Below, in pieces: positions 14,017 to 25,990 of a stretch of DNA of 64,000 nt. Position numbers and translations under genes: made by a program. Under the pieces are notes generated by a model. That model was not told where the DNA came from, did no database searches, and worked only from the letters and a program-made list of their open reading frames with translations. The DNA comes from Neodothiora populina (taxonomy: Eukaryota). The stretch is taken from contig NW_027191411.1 in assembly GCF_041146345.1 (NCBI RefSeq), positions 186,001-250,000 of the forward strand. The letters are read 5' to 3'. How positions within the stretch are numbered: position 1 is the stretch's first letter; each line of letters begins with the position of its first letter.

Positions 14017-15082
14017 CAGGCAAGGGAAGAATGATGGCAGAGGCCGTCATACAACCAATCATCCAACCATGATGTGTCTCTCGCACAGTCACCCTGGGTG
14101 ACGACACAATGAGTCTGGCACTGAAGGAAGCTCGAGTAAGTCGAGCCGAGAGAAGACGACTGATGATACTGGATATCACGAATGCGTCATGGTTGACATC
14201 AGAGCGAGGTGACATCTCTCCCTCTACAGGGGGTGGAGTCTATCGTCTCCCTTGCGTGACACGTCACAGTGTCTACATATACATCGGCAATTTTCGAGGA
14301 GAAGAAGCCCCAAGAGAACCAATGTGATACGACGAGCAGACGCATGCATGCACCACAACAAAATGAAAGCGAAGAAGCAAAAGACAGCAACCACCACGAT
14401 ATGAATCTCCATCAACACCCACACCTTATTAGAAGCATTATTAGACCATTTCCCTAAAGACCAAAACATGGATATCAAGTCACGAACCCTCAAAATAATA
14501 ACAACCAGAGAACTATAACAAATTCAACGCAGTTCGTCCCCAACGCAATTATGTCCTTTTGATCTACAACAGAGATCGTCATCAACAATTTGAGCCCCTC
14601 CATGTTTACGAGGTAAGGTAATCAACATGCCTACGCGGTAAAAAGGGTACAGTAGCGGTAGAAAGGTAGAGGCAGAGCCGCATATCGCAAACATCCTGTA
14701 CTACTGTACCATACTGTGCTGTACCATGAATATACCGTACTATTGCACTATAACACGGTACCCTTGCCTCTGCCGTACTCTGCCGTACAACGCCGTACTC
14801 TGCCGTGCACTACCTGAGGATACCTTACCTCCCAAGAAAAAGGTATCTTCAATGACCCTGACTGTACTTATTACCTACTGTTGTTCCAAGTCTTACTATC
14901 ATTCTAGCGTCGAATCACTTCGGAGAGTACTCCGCCTCTAAGCTTTTTTTTGAATATTTTGTCTTTTGTTCTACTGTACAGTAATTGTACTATGCCTACC
15001 TTTGTATGCTAGTTTGAGTTCTATGCATAAGTATAGTATTGTGCGGCTGGTAAGGTGAACAAGGCGTACTGCTCTACTTTAT

Positions 15083-15115
15083 TTTACTTTACTTTACTTT
15101 ACTTTACTTTACTTT
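15083..15115 (+). repeat. (TTTAC)n pentanucleotide microsatellite
   Basis: ttactttactttactttactttactttacttta seen directly. Confidence 0.9.
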
Positions 15116-15121
15116 ATTCTT

Positions 15122-15477
15122 GCACTTCTATACAACGAAATAGTTGTAAATGCGACGTGAGAGAAAATGATCCGACCCCGAAACCAATCGAGCACCAGCT
15201 CTATTTCTCTCTCGGACAGCGCATGACATTCACCGTCCAGCTCGACGGCCGAAGCTGCCGTGGGTCTAAACACCAAAGTCGGCATTTGCGCACCCACGAT
15301 CCGCGGTCGTCAATAAGCTGCCACCAATGACCTAGCAGTCCAGTACCCCAGTCCAGGAATCACATAGTGCCACCGAAGCCGCAGCCTAACGCTTACGCCT
15401 GCAGACCGCTGTTCATGTCCACGGGAGAGCTGGAGACGGATGGTGTCGATGGAATATACGTCGCATGTATAGAGTGC
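15122..15477 (-). ncRNA. Candidate structured non-coding RNA (class unknown)
   Basis: Nested inverted repeats, two C(UUCG)G loops and one GNRA loop on the minus strand; see findings. Confidence 0.45.
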
Positions 15478-16200
15478 TGGAAGTATACCGGACAGACTAG
15501 GCGCCTGGAGCTGCGAGATGAGACTCGGTTTCTTGGGTTTTGCTGCTCGGGCTGACTTACTTACCGACGGAGTGATATGAATCGATGTGATATGAGCGAC
15601 TGGTACGATATGATTGACCGAGACGATATAATACAATACAACTGACCGACTAGTACGGCACAATACGATATGATACGACACGGCACGATACGATGCGGTA
15701 GGGTCGACACGAAAAGTAAAGCTGTTGATTAGACTCCAGGAAGACCAAGAAGAAATTGGTGCGCAAGGAAATGACAAGCGGGCTGGTAGGCTGCTGAAAC
15801 TTGCAATATATGTACTACACGATGTAGGTAAACTCGTGAAGTCTAACCCTATCACTCGCAGCACTGTAGGTCTCCTGAGATTTAGCCTGAAGTGAACGTA
15901 CAGTACCCTGAAGAGAATTGCGTATAGGAATGGAACGGCGGTTTGCTTGTTCCGGCCATCCTAGAAGCGAGACTTCTATTAGAGACGAAAGGAACAAGTC
16001 AAAGCGTTGAGAGATGAGAAAAGGTGAATCAACAGTGGACTAATGGCACAAGACTTAAAATCTTGGAATGAACATCGATAACAGAATCTATACACTTTTT
16101 GATATCTCGGGGTGGGTCATTATATAATATGAAACGAAAAAGAAAAGGAGGCTTGAAGATACACGATCTGCATGTATCTTGTCCATGGATGTTTTATAAA

Positions 16201-17928
16201 TCAAACAGCGGAGACACCCTTCTCTCCAGCATGGTGAGCCTCGGCATCTGAAGAGCTGCCACGCTCCAAGTGCCCAGCGGTGTGAGGATCATACTCAGGA
16301 GTTCCGGGAACCTCGCCGGCGAGCTGCTCTAGCGTCTTGCGCTTGGTCTCGGGGATCAAAAGAGTGGTGAAGATACCGATGAACATGAAGAGAGCAAAGA
16401 TCTCGATGACGTGGTTGAGCCAGGGAGAGGCGTTGGTAGGGGTTGCACCCTTGACGCGAAGAGGACCGATGAGAGCCTGGGCGATGATGGCACCGACCTT
16501 GCCGGATGCAGCAGAGATACCGTGAGAGGTGGAGCGGTAGCGGGTGGGGAAGCATTCACCGGGAACGATGAAAGTGGTTGAGTTCGGGCCGAAGTTGAAG
16601 AAGAATTGAGCAAGAACGTAGATGGCGAGGAGGCCACCTGAGCTGAGCTTGTGATAGGCGAATCCCATGACGCAGAAGAGGATGGTAAGGATGATGAAAC
16701 CCATAAGTTGAATCGGCTTGCGGCCAATAGTGTCGACAGTGGCGACGGTGACCCAGTAACCGGGGATGGCACCAGCACAGACGATAATGATGTTTCCAAT
16801 GGCGTTCTTGTGATAGATCTCGTACATGTTGCTGCCACCACTGTAGCCAATAGCGGTGAGGATGACAGTGTTGTTCAACGAAAGACCGTAGAAAGCGACG
16901 TCGAGGAAGAACCAAGATCCAGCCGTGCCGAGCAGGATCTTGCCGTTCTTCCACTGGGAGTAGTGTCGCCAGAAGTCACCCCAGGAGGCCTTGGGGGTCT
17001 CGAGCTGGGCGGAAGTCTCAGCGACAGCATGAGCATGAACAATCTCGTCGGGGTGGCCAGCGGCCTGTCCGTTGAGGTAGGCCTTGGCGTCAGAGCCGGC
17101 CTTGACAACATCGCGAGAGACGTCAAAAGTGTAACGAGGAGTCTCGGGAATGGTGAGGCGGTAGTAGAGGGCGATGCAGCCAGGAACGGCACCGAAACCA
17201 ATGATGACACGCCACATCTTGTCGACTGCAAGGCCACAGACACCGTCGCAGTGAGCAGCAGAGCTGGCGGTCTGGAGAGACTCCTTGAAGCCGGCGGTGA
17301 CAATGAGAGCGATGATTCCAGCAGCAAATTGACCGATGCCCTGCATGGCGAAGACGGAGCCCATCATGGCACCTCTCCACTTGGTGGTTGCGAACTCAGA
17401 GGTAATGACGGAAGAAAGAGGATAATCACCACCGATACCGATACCCATGAGAACACGCCAGAAAATGATGATACCGACGATGGAAATGGCGTATGAGTCT
17501 GAGGAGAGAGCCTGAGCAAGAGTAGCGAAGATGATGATCATCAACTCGAGACCGTACATCTTCTTGCGACCGACGACATCGGCGAGGTAGCCGAAACCGA
17601 GTTGACCGACAACAGTGCCAGCGGATGTAGAGACCTTGATGGCAGTATCGGCATTCTGAGGGATCTTGCCTGCGTTCTTGCCAGGGAGATCGTGCCAGTA
17701 GACGACACCCAACATGGAGGTCACCAGACCAATAGCGAAGATGTCGTAGGCATCGGTGAAGAAACCGATACCAGCAACGATGATAGCCCGGACATGGTAC
17801 CATCCAAAGGGGGCCTTGTCAATCTCCGCAAGTGCAAGGCGTCTGCGCTCATTGGGGTCCTCGATGTGAGCGAAATCGTTGTGGAAGTTGTGGAAGGCAG
17901 CATTGCCTCCAGCCGTTGTGTTTGCCAT
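16201..17928 (-). CDS. PHO84: High-affinity inorganic phosphate:H+ symporter (MFS)
   Basis: Intronless 575 aa with GIGFFTDAYDIF, GIGIGGDYPLSS, QFFFNFGPNSTTFIVPGECFPTRYRSTSHGISAASGK. Confidence 0.96.
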   Translation of the reverse strand: MANTTAGGNAAFHNFHNDFAHIEDPNERRRLALAEIDKAPFGWYHVRAIIVAGIGFFTDAYDIFAIGLVTSMLGVVYWHDLPGKNAGKIPQNADTAIKVSTSAGTVVGQLGFGYLADVVGRKKMYGLELMIIIFATLAQALSSDSYAISIVGIIIFWRVLMGIGIGGDYPLSSVITSEFATTKWRGAMMGSVFAMQGIGQFAAGIIALIVTAGFKESLQTASSAAHCDGVCGLAVDKMWRVIIGFGAVPGCIALYYRLTIPETPRYTFDVSRDVVKAGSDAKAYLNGQAAGHPDEIVHAHAVAETSAQLETPKASWGDFWRHYSQWKNGKILLGTAGSWFFLDVAFYGLSLNNTVILTAIGYSGGSNMYEIYHKNAIGNIIIVCAGAIPGYWVTVATVDTIGRKPIQLMGFIILTILFCVMGFAYHKLSSGGLLAIYVLAQFFFNFGPNSTTFIVPGECFPTRYRSTSHGISAASGKVGAIIAQALIGPLRVKGATPTNASPWLNHVIEIFALFMFIGIFTTLLIPETKRKTLEQLAGEVPGTPEYDPHTAGHLERGSSSDAEAHHAGEKGVSAV

Positions 17929-18337
17929 TGCTATATGGTCTTGATAGTGTGAATATACAAGTCAAGAAATTTGGCAGGCGGAAGTAAGATTGGTACAAGA
18001 AACTGGGCGTTTCTTGATACACTTGGCGATCAACTTCAGAAAGAGAAAGACTGATGATGATAAGAAGAGGGGGGCAGTCTTACGAGGATATTGGTATCTT
18101 ATAAGACCTGGGTAGGCACTTGGCGCCATGCGTGAGGGTGAGCTTCTTCACACGAGCCAGAGTTGTGGCGTTCTGTAAAGGACGAGCAGCGCTCCAATCA
18201 GAGGTTGATGCAAATGCACGCTGTCCCAGACAAAGTGGTTCGGACAGCCCAGGCCATCTACGCTTTCCAACGCCGTAACTCTAACCGTCTTCACGCGGGT
18301 GATTTAACTTTCTGGCACACCTGATGTGGATTCGAGA

Positions 18338-20287
18338 CACGTTCATCGTGCAAAGAATTGGTTTTATTTCTGGAGAAAAGATAATGACTATCGGCCTACC
18401 AAACCCGAGGTAGCTGCTCGGGACACTCATGACTTACAGAAATTTGACATCAATTCTGGAGCACCGCGCAGATGTGCTTGTTAATTGTGGAATAGGTTCC
18501 ACGCCATGCAGAACGCATATGTCCGGCAATTGAGGCACCATTGGTATGTCCTTTTTGCGAGGATAAGGCGACCGGGCTGCCTGGACGGCCAATGGAAGGC
18601 TCGCACCAGTAACATCGAGCAACTCGTGTCGTGAGCCGAACCGCCTAGCACACAAGAACAACAAGCGTTGAGAAGAGTAGCAAAGGAACGCCTTCGCCTC
18701 GGCAGGAAAGCTCGCGCATAGCTTGTTGAATCCTTGAACACAACGGCTCAGACAGCTTGGCTTCTATTGGCATTGGAGAGTTTCTCGTGAGTTTTCCGTG
18801 GATTGCAGCTTGGAAGCGTGGAGGAGTGTGAAGTGCTTCGAGGTTGGAGTGGCCAATTACAGCGAGGAAGATCAAAACGTGGGTGACCGAAGATTCTTGA
18901 CAGGATCCGTTTTGGGGTTTACCGCAGAACATCTTGGGGGTTGCCCCAGCATATCAAGGCCCGTGCCCCGAGTGTCTTTTGACTCCATCTCGTCTAAGTG
19001 TACCATAAGGTACATCCATATAGACAAAATATATGTTGCATTGTGTCTACATAGGATGACAGGCCATGCGAGTCGGAGGCTGAACCGCATGTCAGACCCT
19101 TGCGTAGATCGCTAGGTCTTCACAAAGCTGATAATGACGGATATAGTGATGAAGTTCTTGCTATTTCCAGCCGTGGAGCGCACTACTTGATGACTTTTGG
19201 GTATAGTGTAACGGAGGAAGCTGATGTACAGAGTACAGCAGTGGAGAACAGCCGTGACACAGACACTTGAGCACAGTGCCCACAAGGATCCATCTTACGG
19301 TAGCTATAACTTCGAATCTCCACATTCGGGCAATAGAACAAGTCATGGGTGGTCTTCACAGACCAATGACCATAGGAGTTGATGTAATGACGAAACACGT
19401 GCTTGCATGTTCACCCGATAGATGTTAAATACCGGAAAGCCCTGGAAGGTATGCGTCCGCGTATACTTGGACTCTAACACATGAGACTTTACCCTTGGTC
19501 TTCGATTACACACTCGGAGTTGCCGTATTAGCCGCTTCGATACTCAAATTGTCAAATTGTTTATGGTAGATGCACGTGGACGACCATGTCTGGGCCATAA
19601 TGAACAGTAGGCGGTGCTTCTCCTCACGGTCTGATTGGAGGGTGTTCGCTGGTTGGATGGAAAATTGTCTGTTGATCACTGACGACACGCGTGGGTATGA
19701 GAGAAGAAGCAAATTCGAGAGCGGGCTAGCTCGAAGAGATGCAGACATTGGAACAACATCTGCCTATGCATTCAGAGATTTACTTTGTAATCTGATCTGC
19801 GACACCGATCTACAGGGTACCAAGGTAAGCAAATAGATTCTAGAACTATTCATGATCTCGAAATCCCAGGCAGGTCGATACACGATACTTTCCAATGCTT
19901 CTCGTGGATACTTGATCAATGTCCATTGGGTGTTGATCGCAGACCTCGCCTCGGAAGATTCTGCCGCCTCCACTGCGTTGTGATCGGTCACAGCGCAACG
20001 GACAGGATGTACCTTATGCTCGGTAGTTCAGATCGTTAGGCCGCATGGCGGAGCTTGGGCCCAGGAAAGTAGCCTCGTGACGGAGACATGGAAGCTGTCC
20101 CGCCTGCCATATGTGAATCTGAATATGAATGCTTTATATCCTCAGGCCATGCGGCTGTGTAATGTGCTTGGATCTCCAACACTCGGCTGGCCTGTATTGC
20201 CTCATGTCCTTGCCGATCAAGAAACCGACTGTCACCGAGGCATGACATTCAGGATAGTCAGAAGGTATCCATGAAGGAAAGAACGTG
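18338..20287. promoter_or_regulatory. Pho4/NUC-1/PalcA-type E-boxes upstream of PHO84
   Basis: CACGTG at 19396-19401 and 19573-19578; CACGTT/AACGTG at 18338-18343, ~18876 and 20282-20287. Confidence 0.55.
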
Positions 20288-20718
20288 AAGTCCACGACTT
20301 TCGAGTCACTTTCCCGCACTTGTATGCTCACAGCATACGATTTGTGATTCTTGATCCTTATTCTCCTTTCCCTCCGCAACATCGGAACACAAGCAAAGGC
20401 CGCATTCCACTCAAGGCCGTGAGAGACACTTTCATGGACAAATTGAGTATTTCCAATGCGCTTGTTCCATCGTGCCAATGTTCCAACAAAATAAACAACA
20501 GTGCAAAGAGGGTATTGGTTGTATCGAAGGCGATTCGACCGGACGAAACACACAAAACACGAAGGGGAGGCAAAGAGATACAAAGTACAACGAATGAAAT
20601 CTTGGGGAGCACATTGCGCATGCGCTCGGATAAATGGCAATTCGCTTGCCAGTGGGCTTCGTGGGAAAAGGGAAGGTAAGTCAGCTTTGACGTCTAGAAA
20701 GCTGAGCCAGCAGCTTTT

Positions 20719-21608
20719 CTAGAAGCAAAAAAATCGTCGAGATGGTCGAAACTTCCGCTTTTTTGGCGAGGGAGAAGTAGTCTGCATGCCCGATGAGGTC
20801 GGTCGCGACATTTTCTCGGTGTATCCAGCTGAAGGCGGCGGGGCTGCTCCTGCTGATGCTGTTTCCGGGCGCGGAGGTTGCAATTGGGGTTGATTCGATA
20901 GGGGTAGTGGGTTAATCAAGGAAGGAAACTTGGGTCGCAGACCTTCAGAGTATTGCTTCCGAGCCTCAACTACTCGCTGGACGAGAACTAGCAAAATAGT
21001 GTCAGCGCAATGCTCCCATCTCCCAGTAGAGTCAGATGTCAGTACTCACCAGAAAATGTCTCTTCAACATTGACCATTTCTCTTGCGCTCGTCTCCATGA
21101 ATCCGCATCCTCTGCTCTTGGCCCACTCGAGGCCTTCCCTTGCGCCAACCTGACGCTGCGCTTGCAAGTCGCATTTGTTCCCCACCACCATGATGGCCGG
21201 CCAGCATTCTCCTCTTTCACGCCTGACCTCGCGCTCCATCTCAATCATTTCGGTGAAGAAGTCCAGGGCCTGCAAGGATTGGGGGCTGGTGATGTCGTAG
21301 ACGAGTAGAAACGCATCCGAGTTGAGATTTTGAGCGCTCCACATGCCGCGATACTCTTCTTGCCCTGCTGTATCCGTAAGGGCGAGCGAATACGTTGTTC
21401 CGTCAATCGTGCGCGTGACTGAGTAAGAGTCTTCGATGGTCGGGTCGTATTCGTGAGTCCATTGTGAGCGAACGATGCGCAGAGTGATGGAAGATTTGCC
21501 TGACAAGATCAAGTCGGTCAGCTCAAGTGTCGACTGCGCAATGTTATTTTATGAATATTTACCGCATCCGCCATCACCGCAGAGAGTGATTGACACTTTG
21601 TCGGCCAT
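20719..21608 (-). CDS. Ras-family small GTPase
   Basis: Spliced MADKVSITLCGDGGCG|KSSITLRIVRSQWTHEYDPTIEDSY, plus DTAGQEEY, GNKCD and ETSA. Introns 21562-21500 and about 21049-20991. Ends KKRKFRPSRRFFCF*. Confidence 0.9.
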
Positions 21609-23415
21609 TATAGCGCCAGTATTATTAGTTTACGAAAAGATGCGCGTGCGGTTGTCAGAAGAAAAAGGGACAATATGAAATTAGAGAGAGCGACAGGAAC
21701 CCGGAACGAAATTCAGTAACCAAAAAAAAAAAAGAAAAGACGTGAAAGAAGGACGACTCTGTGTCAGACCCGGCTGAGATGGCGCAAAGGAGTGTAATGA
21801 TAGGTGAGGTACAGATGCTGTATGTAAGATAGACAGGGTAGTTGGTACAATTTCCCGGAGCTTTGGTTCGGCTGACGGGGATGGCGGGCCTCGATGTAGC
21901 GCAATCACCTCAGATAGATACGCAAAATAGACAAAAAGACGGACGGAACAACAGAAAACGAAATTGGTTTATCTTGTGACAAGTACGAGTGGTACAACTC
22001 GCTCAGAAAAGACTCCAGCCAGCGTCTCCCGAGAATTATAGCAGACCTTGATCAGGACCGTCTGTCCAAGTCACATCATGGCAAATGATCGACGAGCCCT
22101 GCATTGGCCCTGGCGAGGCGTCGAGATCAGCGGAAAATCATTGCATTCTCGTAGACCGATGAACTGCTTTTGACACTTAGATCAGCCAGGTACAGTAGCT
22201 TACACGTTACTGTCCTTGTTTGCGCTCTTTTGTTTGGGGTTATTTATACGCGGATGTCTTGGGCGAGCTTATAAGACTTGATATAACACCCCGATCGACC
22301 TGCCCCTTTGGTGACCGGATTGGTCCTCCCACATGAATTGAACGTTCATTTCCAACGTGGCTGACGATGCATTCATGTAGCTGACAAGCTCAGGCCCTCC
22401 TTTGGCTGTGTTTGATGGTTTCACAGTCTGCATGCTCTGCACAGCCGATCCCCTTTTTACTTTTGCATGATACCAGGCCTGTACTGTACTACTTTGGGAG
22501 AGGCTGACTGTATTTGTGCTTCACCTGGTCCATCATGGCGCTTGGATCAGAGATACGACCTTCCGCTGCTGTGGCAGATGGCGGATTGTTTCCATACGAG
22601 CGTAACCTACTGCAGATTCAAGTGCCGGGCTTTTGGCAGATATTCGCGACTATCGCACTTGCGCCTGGGCAGAGAGCAAGGCATACGACACCTCTACACG
22701 TGAGGTCACCTCTTGGACATGTCAAGATTCACAGTAACGACAGCTTGCGGCAAATTCGAGCCCAGTCTGCATCGGCCACTTCGTGAACGCTACCTGCGTG
22801 TGTGAGACTGGAGACGCAAGCATGGCTGGAGCGTAATAATCACACCGGCCAGTGCTTCTGCGCGTATATTGCTCGACATGCACTCCCCTTCTCCACTCCT
22901 CTGTCGTCCCCCTCGGATACGAGATCGTGCTGCTGGCTCATACTGTACTATGCGTCAATTCGCTTAGATAGCATGGTGCATACAAGTCGTGAGTCGTCTG
23001 CTGGTACCTGCGACTTCGAGATCATCAAACAAAGCGTTTCATTGCAACCTCCTCGGCTTGCACGACTGGGACAAGCACACCCTGTCCGACCACGCATTTG
23101 TGGATAGCCGAGCGTGTTGTATCTGGGGAAAGTACCCCGCGTTCCAGGCTGCGTATTCCGACGTCACTGTTGATGTAAGTTTCCACATCTACCTCTTCCA
23201 TATAGGTACGCAGTGATATTAGTCCGCATTATGACCTAGGTATATACTGTATCTGTACAGATTTCTACTCATCGTTACGATCACATCTGGTTTCGTAGAA
23301 TCGGACTAGATAACCCATTGCGTCGTCTCACAGCAAATCGCAATAGTAAACCAGGACGTTCACATTATATGTTTCAGACATCAAGATCTCCAATACTACA
23401 AATCAATAGTTAGAC

Positions 23416-24300
23416 ATGGCCCCAAAGAAACACGAGGACACACCCCCTTCAGTATCTCTCATAAGCGGTGGCATTGCAGGAGGAGTAGAAGCAGCAGCCA
23501 CATATCCATTCGAGTTTGCAAAAACCCGAGCCCAGCTCATACAAGACTCGACGACGAAAACAAAACCATCTCGGAATCCCTTTCTGGTCGTAGCCCAAAC
23601 CTACAAGCAAGAGGGTCTACGAGCGCTGTACAAGGGATGCTCGGCGCTAGTAATAGGCAGCATAGGCAAAGACGCCGTGCGCTTCCTATCCTTCGACACG
23701 ATCAAGAATCAACTCAAAGACCCAGACACAGGGACCCTGTCCCCGCTTCGGAACATGCTCGCGGGCATGACGGCAGGAGTAGTAGCGAGCATCTTCGCCG
23801 TGACGCCCACAGAGCGCATCAAGACCGCTCTGATAGACGACGCGCGAGGACCTCGCCGCTTCACCAGCACCGCGCACGCAGTGAAATGCATCCTGCGTGA
23901 CGACGGCTTCGTGGGGCTCTACCGTGGCTTCGCAGGCACGACGCTGAAGCAAGCCTCGGCGACGTCGTTCCGCATGGGCTCGTATAACATCATCAAGGAC
24001 TTCGAGAGCGCGCGGAGTGTGCCCCAAGACACGGTCACGAATTTCGTCAATGGCGCGCTGGCGGGCGTCATCACTACTCTTGCCACTCAGCCTTTCGACA
24101 CCATCAAGACGAGGTCGCAGTCCGCGCAGGCTACGACGACTATGCAGGCTGTCGCTAGTATCATGCAGGATGGCGGTGTCAGGGCGTTCTGGAGGGGCAC
24201 GGTCATGAGGCTTGGTCGTACAGTCTTCTCCGGCGGGATCTTATTCACGACGGCTGAGGCTGTGGCAAAGGTTCTGAATCCTGTGGTTGTGGGTTCGTGA
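23416..24300 (+). CDS. Mitochondrial tricarboxylate/citrate carrier (Ctp1-like, SLC25)
   Basis: Three carrier signatures (YPFEFAKTR, TPTERIKT, QPFDTIKTR) plus GKDAVRF; intronless 294 aa. Confidence 0.88.
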   Translation: MAPKKHEDTPPSVSLISGGIAGGVEAAATYPFEFAKTRAQLIQDSTTKTKPSRNPFLVVAQTYKQEGLRALYKGCSALVIGSIGKDAVRFLSFDTIKNQLKDPDTGTLSPLRNMLAGMTAGVVASIFAVTPTERIKTALIDDARGPRRFTSTAHAVKCILRDDGFVGLYRGFAGTTLKQASATSFRMGSYNIIKDFESARSVPQDTVTNFVNGALAGVITTLATQPFDTIKTRSQSAQATTTMQAVASIMQDGGVRAFWRGTVMRLGRTVFSGGILFTTAEAVAKVLNPVVVGS

Positions 24301-24616
24301 GGCATAGAGAAGCTCTTTTTGGGGTGGATGAGCGGCATGCGGTAGTCCCGATGCCTATTGTTGCATACAGTTGCAAGACACTTGCCGTCCGATGCCATAT
24401 ACATAGATGATCAAAATACGTGATGTAAGACTTCCCCGAGTGATATACTCTCGGAAATGTACCAAGGGAAAAAAAAGGCAGAACGGGTATGGAAATTTGT
24501 CCCGTTCTATATCTCGCCAAATCGCAGCAGAACCAGCCATGAAAGAGACTCCAAGTCAACCAGCAGACCAAACAACGCCATAATATGCTGAAGCCTTTCC
24601 CCTAACCCAACACCCC

Positions 24617-25990
24617 TCAATGCACCCGCGGAACAAGATACCGATGGCCCCACTCGCCTTTCCGCGCAGCACGCAGGTCATCCACATTCAAAATGCCAAT
24701 ATTGATCTTCGAGAGTATCTCCCACGTGTAGTCTCTGGTATACGTGGGCCATCGCGGCACGCCCCAGTACCTCGGCAACAAGCCTCGGATCCTGGCGTCG
24801 TGGATCTGTTGCTTCATCGCTTCGATGTGCGCGGGCTTGATCGACCACTGCCCTAGCTGACCCACGACGTTCTTCAGGTCTGTCGATGCGTAGTATGAGT
24901 TGGAGGGGTTGTATTTGTAGCGCAGGATGTCGTTGGAGCTGTTCTCGTCGGGATACAGTGCGTCGTCTGCTTCGTCGTTGAGTTGATCTAGTGGTGCATC
25001 GCAGAATATGTCTCTGTATGTCTCGTTGGCAGTGATCCTGTCATAAGGCACATTACCCGACGCGACGATTGTCAGCGCTCTCTCGACGCGATCGGTCCCG
25101 TTCCAGAATGTCAGCCAGCCAGCTTGCCTCAGGGTCTCGAGGTCGGCGTAGACTTTGTCGTAGGTCTCTGTGGCGTTCGCCTTGAAGTCGATTAGTAGCA
25201 CCAATGTCTGCTCTGGAGATGCACTGAAGACGCCGCGATGACCGTTCGTCTCCACATCCCCGATCGCGGATCTTTGGTTTGCTGTGCGAAGCATCCGCTC
25301 GATAGGGCCCAGATACATGGACGAAAGCGTGGCTTCCTTGCTGAGTGCCCAGGAGCGATGCCCGACATAGAGGTTATCGTCAAACGACCACACGTCTGCC
25401 TCTACGGATATACATCCAGATCCAATGGCAGCATACAAGGGGGTGCGGCGCCAATAGTCGTTATGCGAGTGACATTGGATAGGCAGGACATTGTGCATGA
25501 AGCTCTCGAACCGCTGATCGAATGCTTCTCTATCGTGCTCACTGTCTCTAAGCCCAGGGATTCCTAAGGGGAAAACCTCGTCGAATGGCTCCTGGCGCCC
25601 GCAGGCACGGCCGGACCATATGAACTGGTATAGAACGCTGTGCACTCACATTAAACTTCATGTCACATACATCACGTCAGATCAAGGACAGAGTACATAC
25701 ATGGCGCACAAACAGCCAATAGTGAAACAAGCGATCAAACGAAACAGTCTGAAATACGACCGACTGGCATATCCGAACCGCGTCGACCTCCCGAGACCTC
25801 TGAGACCGACTGCAGAACTGTCATATTCTTTGTCTGCAGACGAGTCCGCCGTTGCATAGTCGCCGTACTCGAACAACCTGAACGGCGACAGCAGTCTTTC
25901 TTTCAGATTGGACCCGCGGTGGTGGTGGTGGTCTGGACTGTTGAAGGAAGGGAGAACGTGGGGTAATAATCCGCGATTGGAATAGCGCAT
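24617..25990 (-). CDS. AIM6-like PLC-like phosphodiesterase-fold protein with N-terminal TM segment
   Basis: PIQCHSHNDYWRRTPLYAAIGSGCISVEADVW and LVLLIDFK. Exon 1 (25990 to ~25700) joins through a GTATGT...CAG intron, giving the hydrophobic stretch LIACFTIGCLCAIVLYQFIW. Confidence 0.8.

Noticed and set aside
15843..15851. CTAACCCTA, telomerase-template-like 9-mer near the structured element
   Set aside because: It is on the opposite strand to the tetraloop-favoured RNA and leaves too little room before the convergent PHO84 end for a Pezizomycotina-size telomerase RNA; a single 9-mer is plausible by chance.
16651..17496. 281-aa antisense ORF over PHO84 (and similar shadow ORFs over LCB1, TSR3, GGA, SKI3)
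   Set aside because: Explained by codon bias of the real gene; no recognisable motifs.
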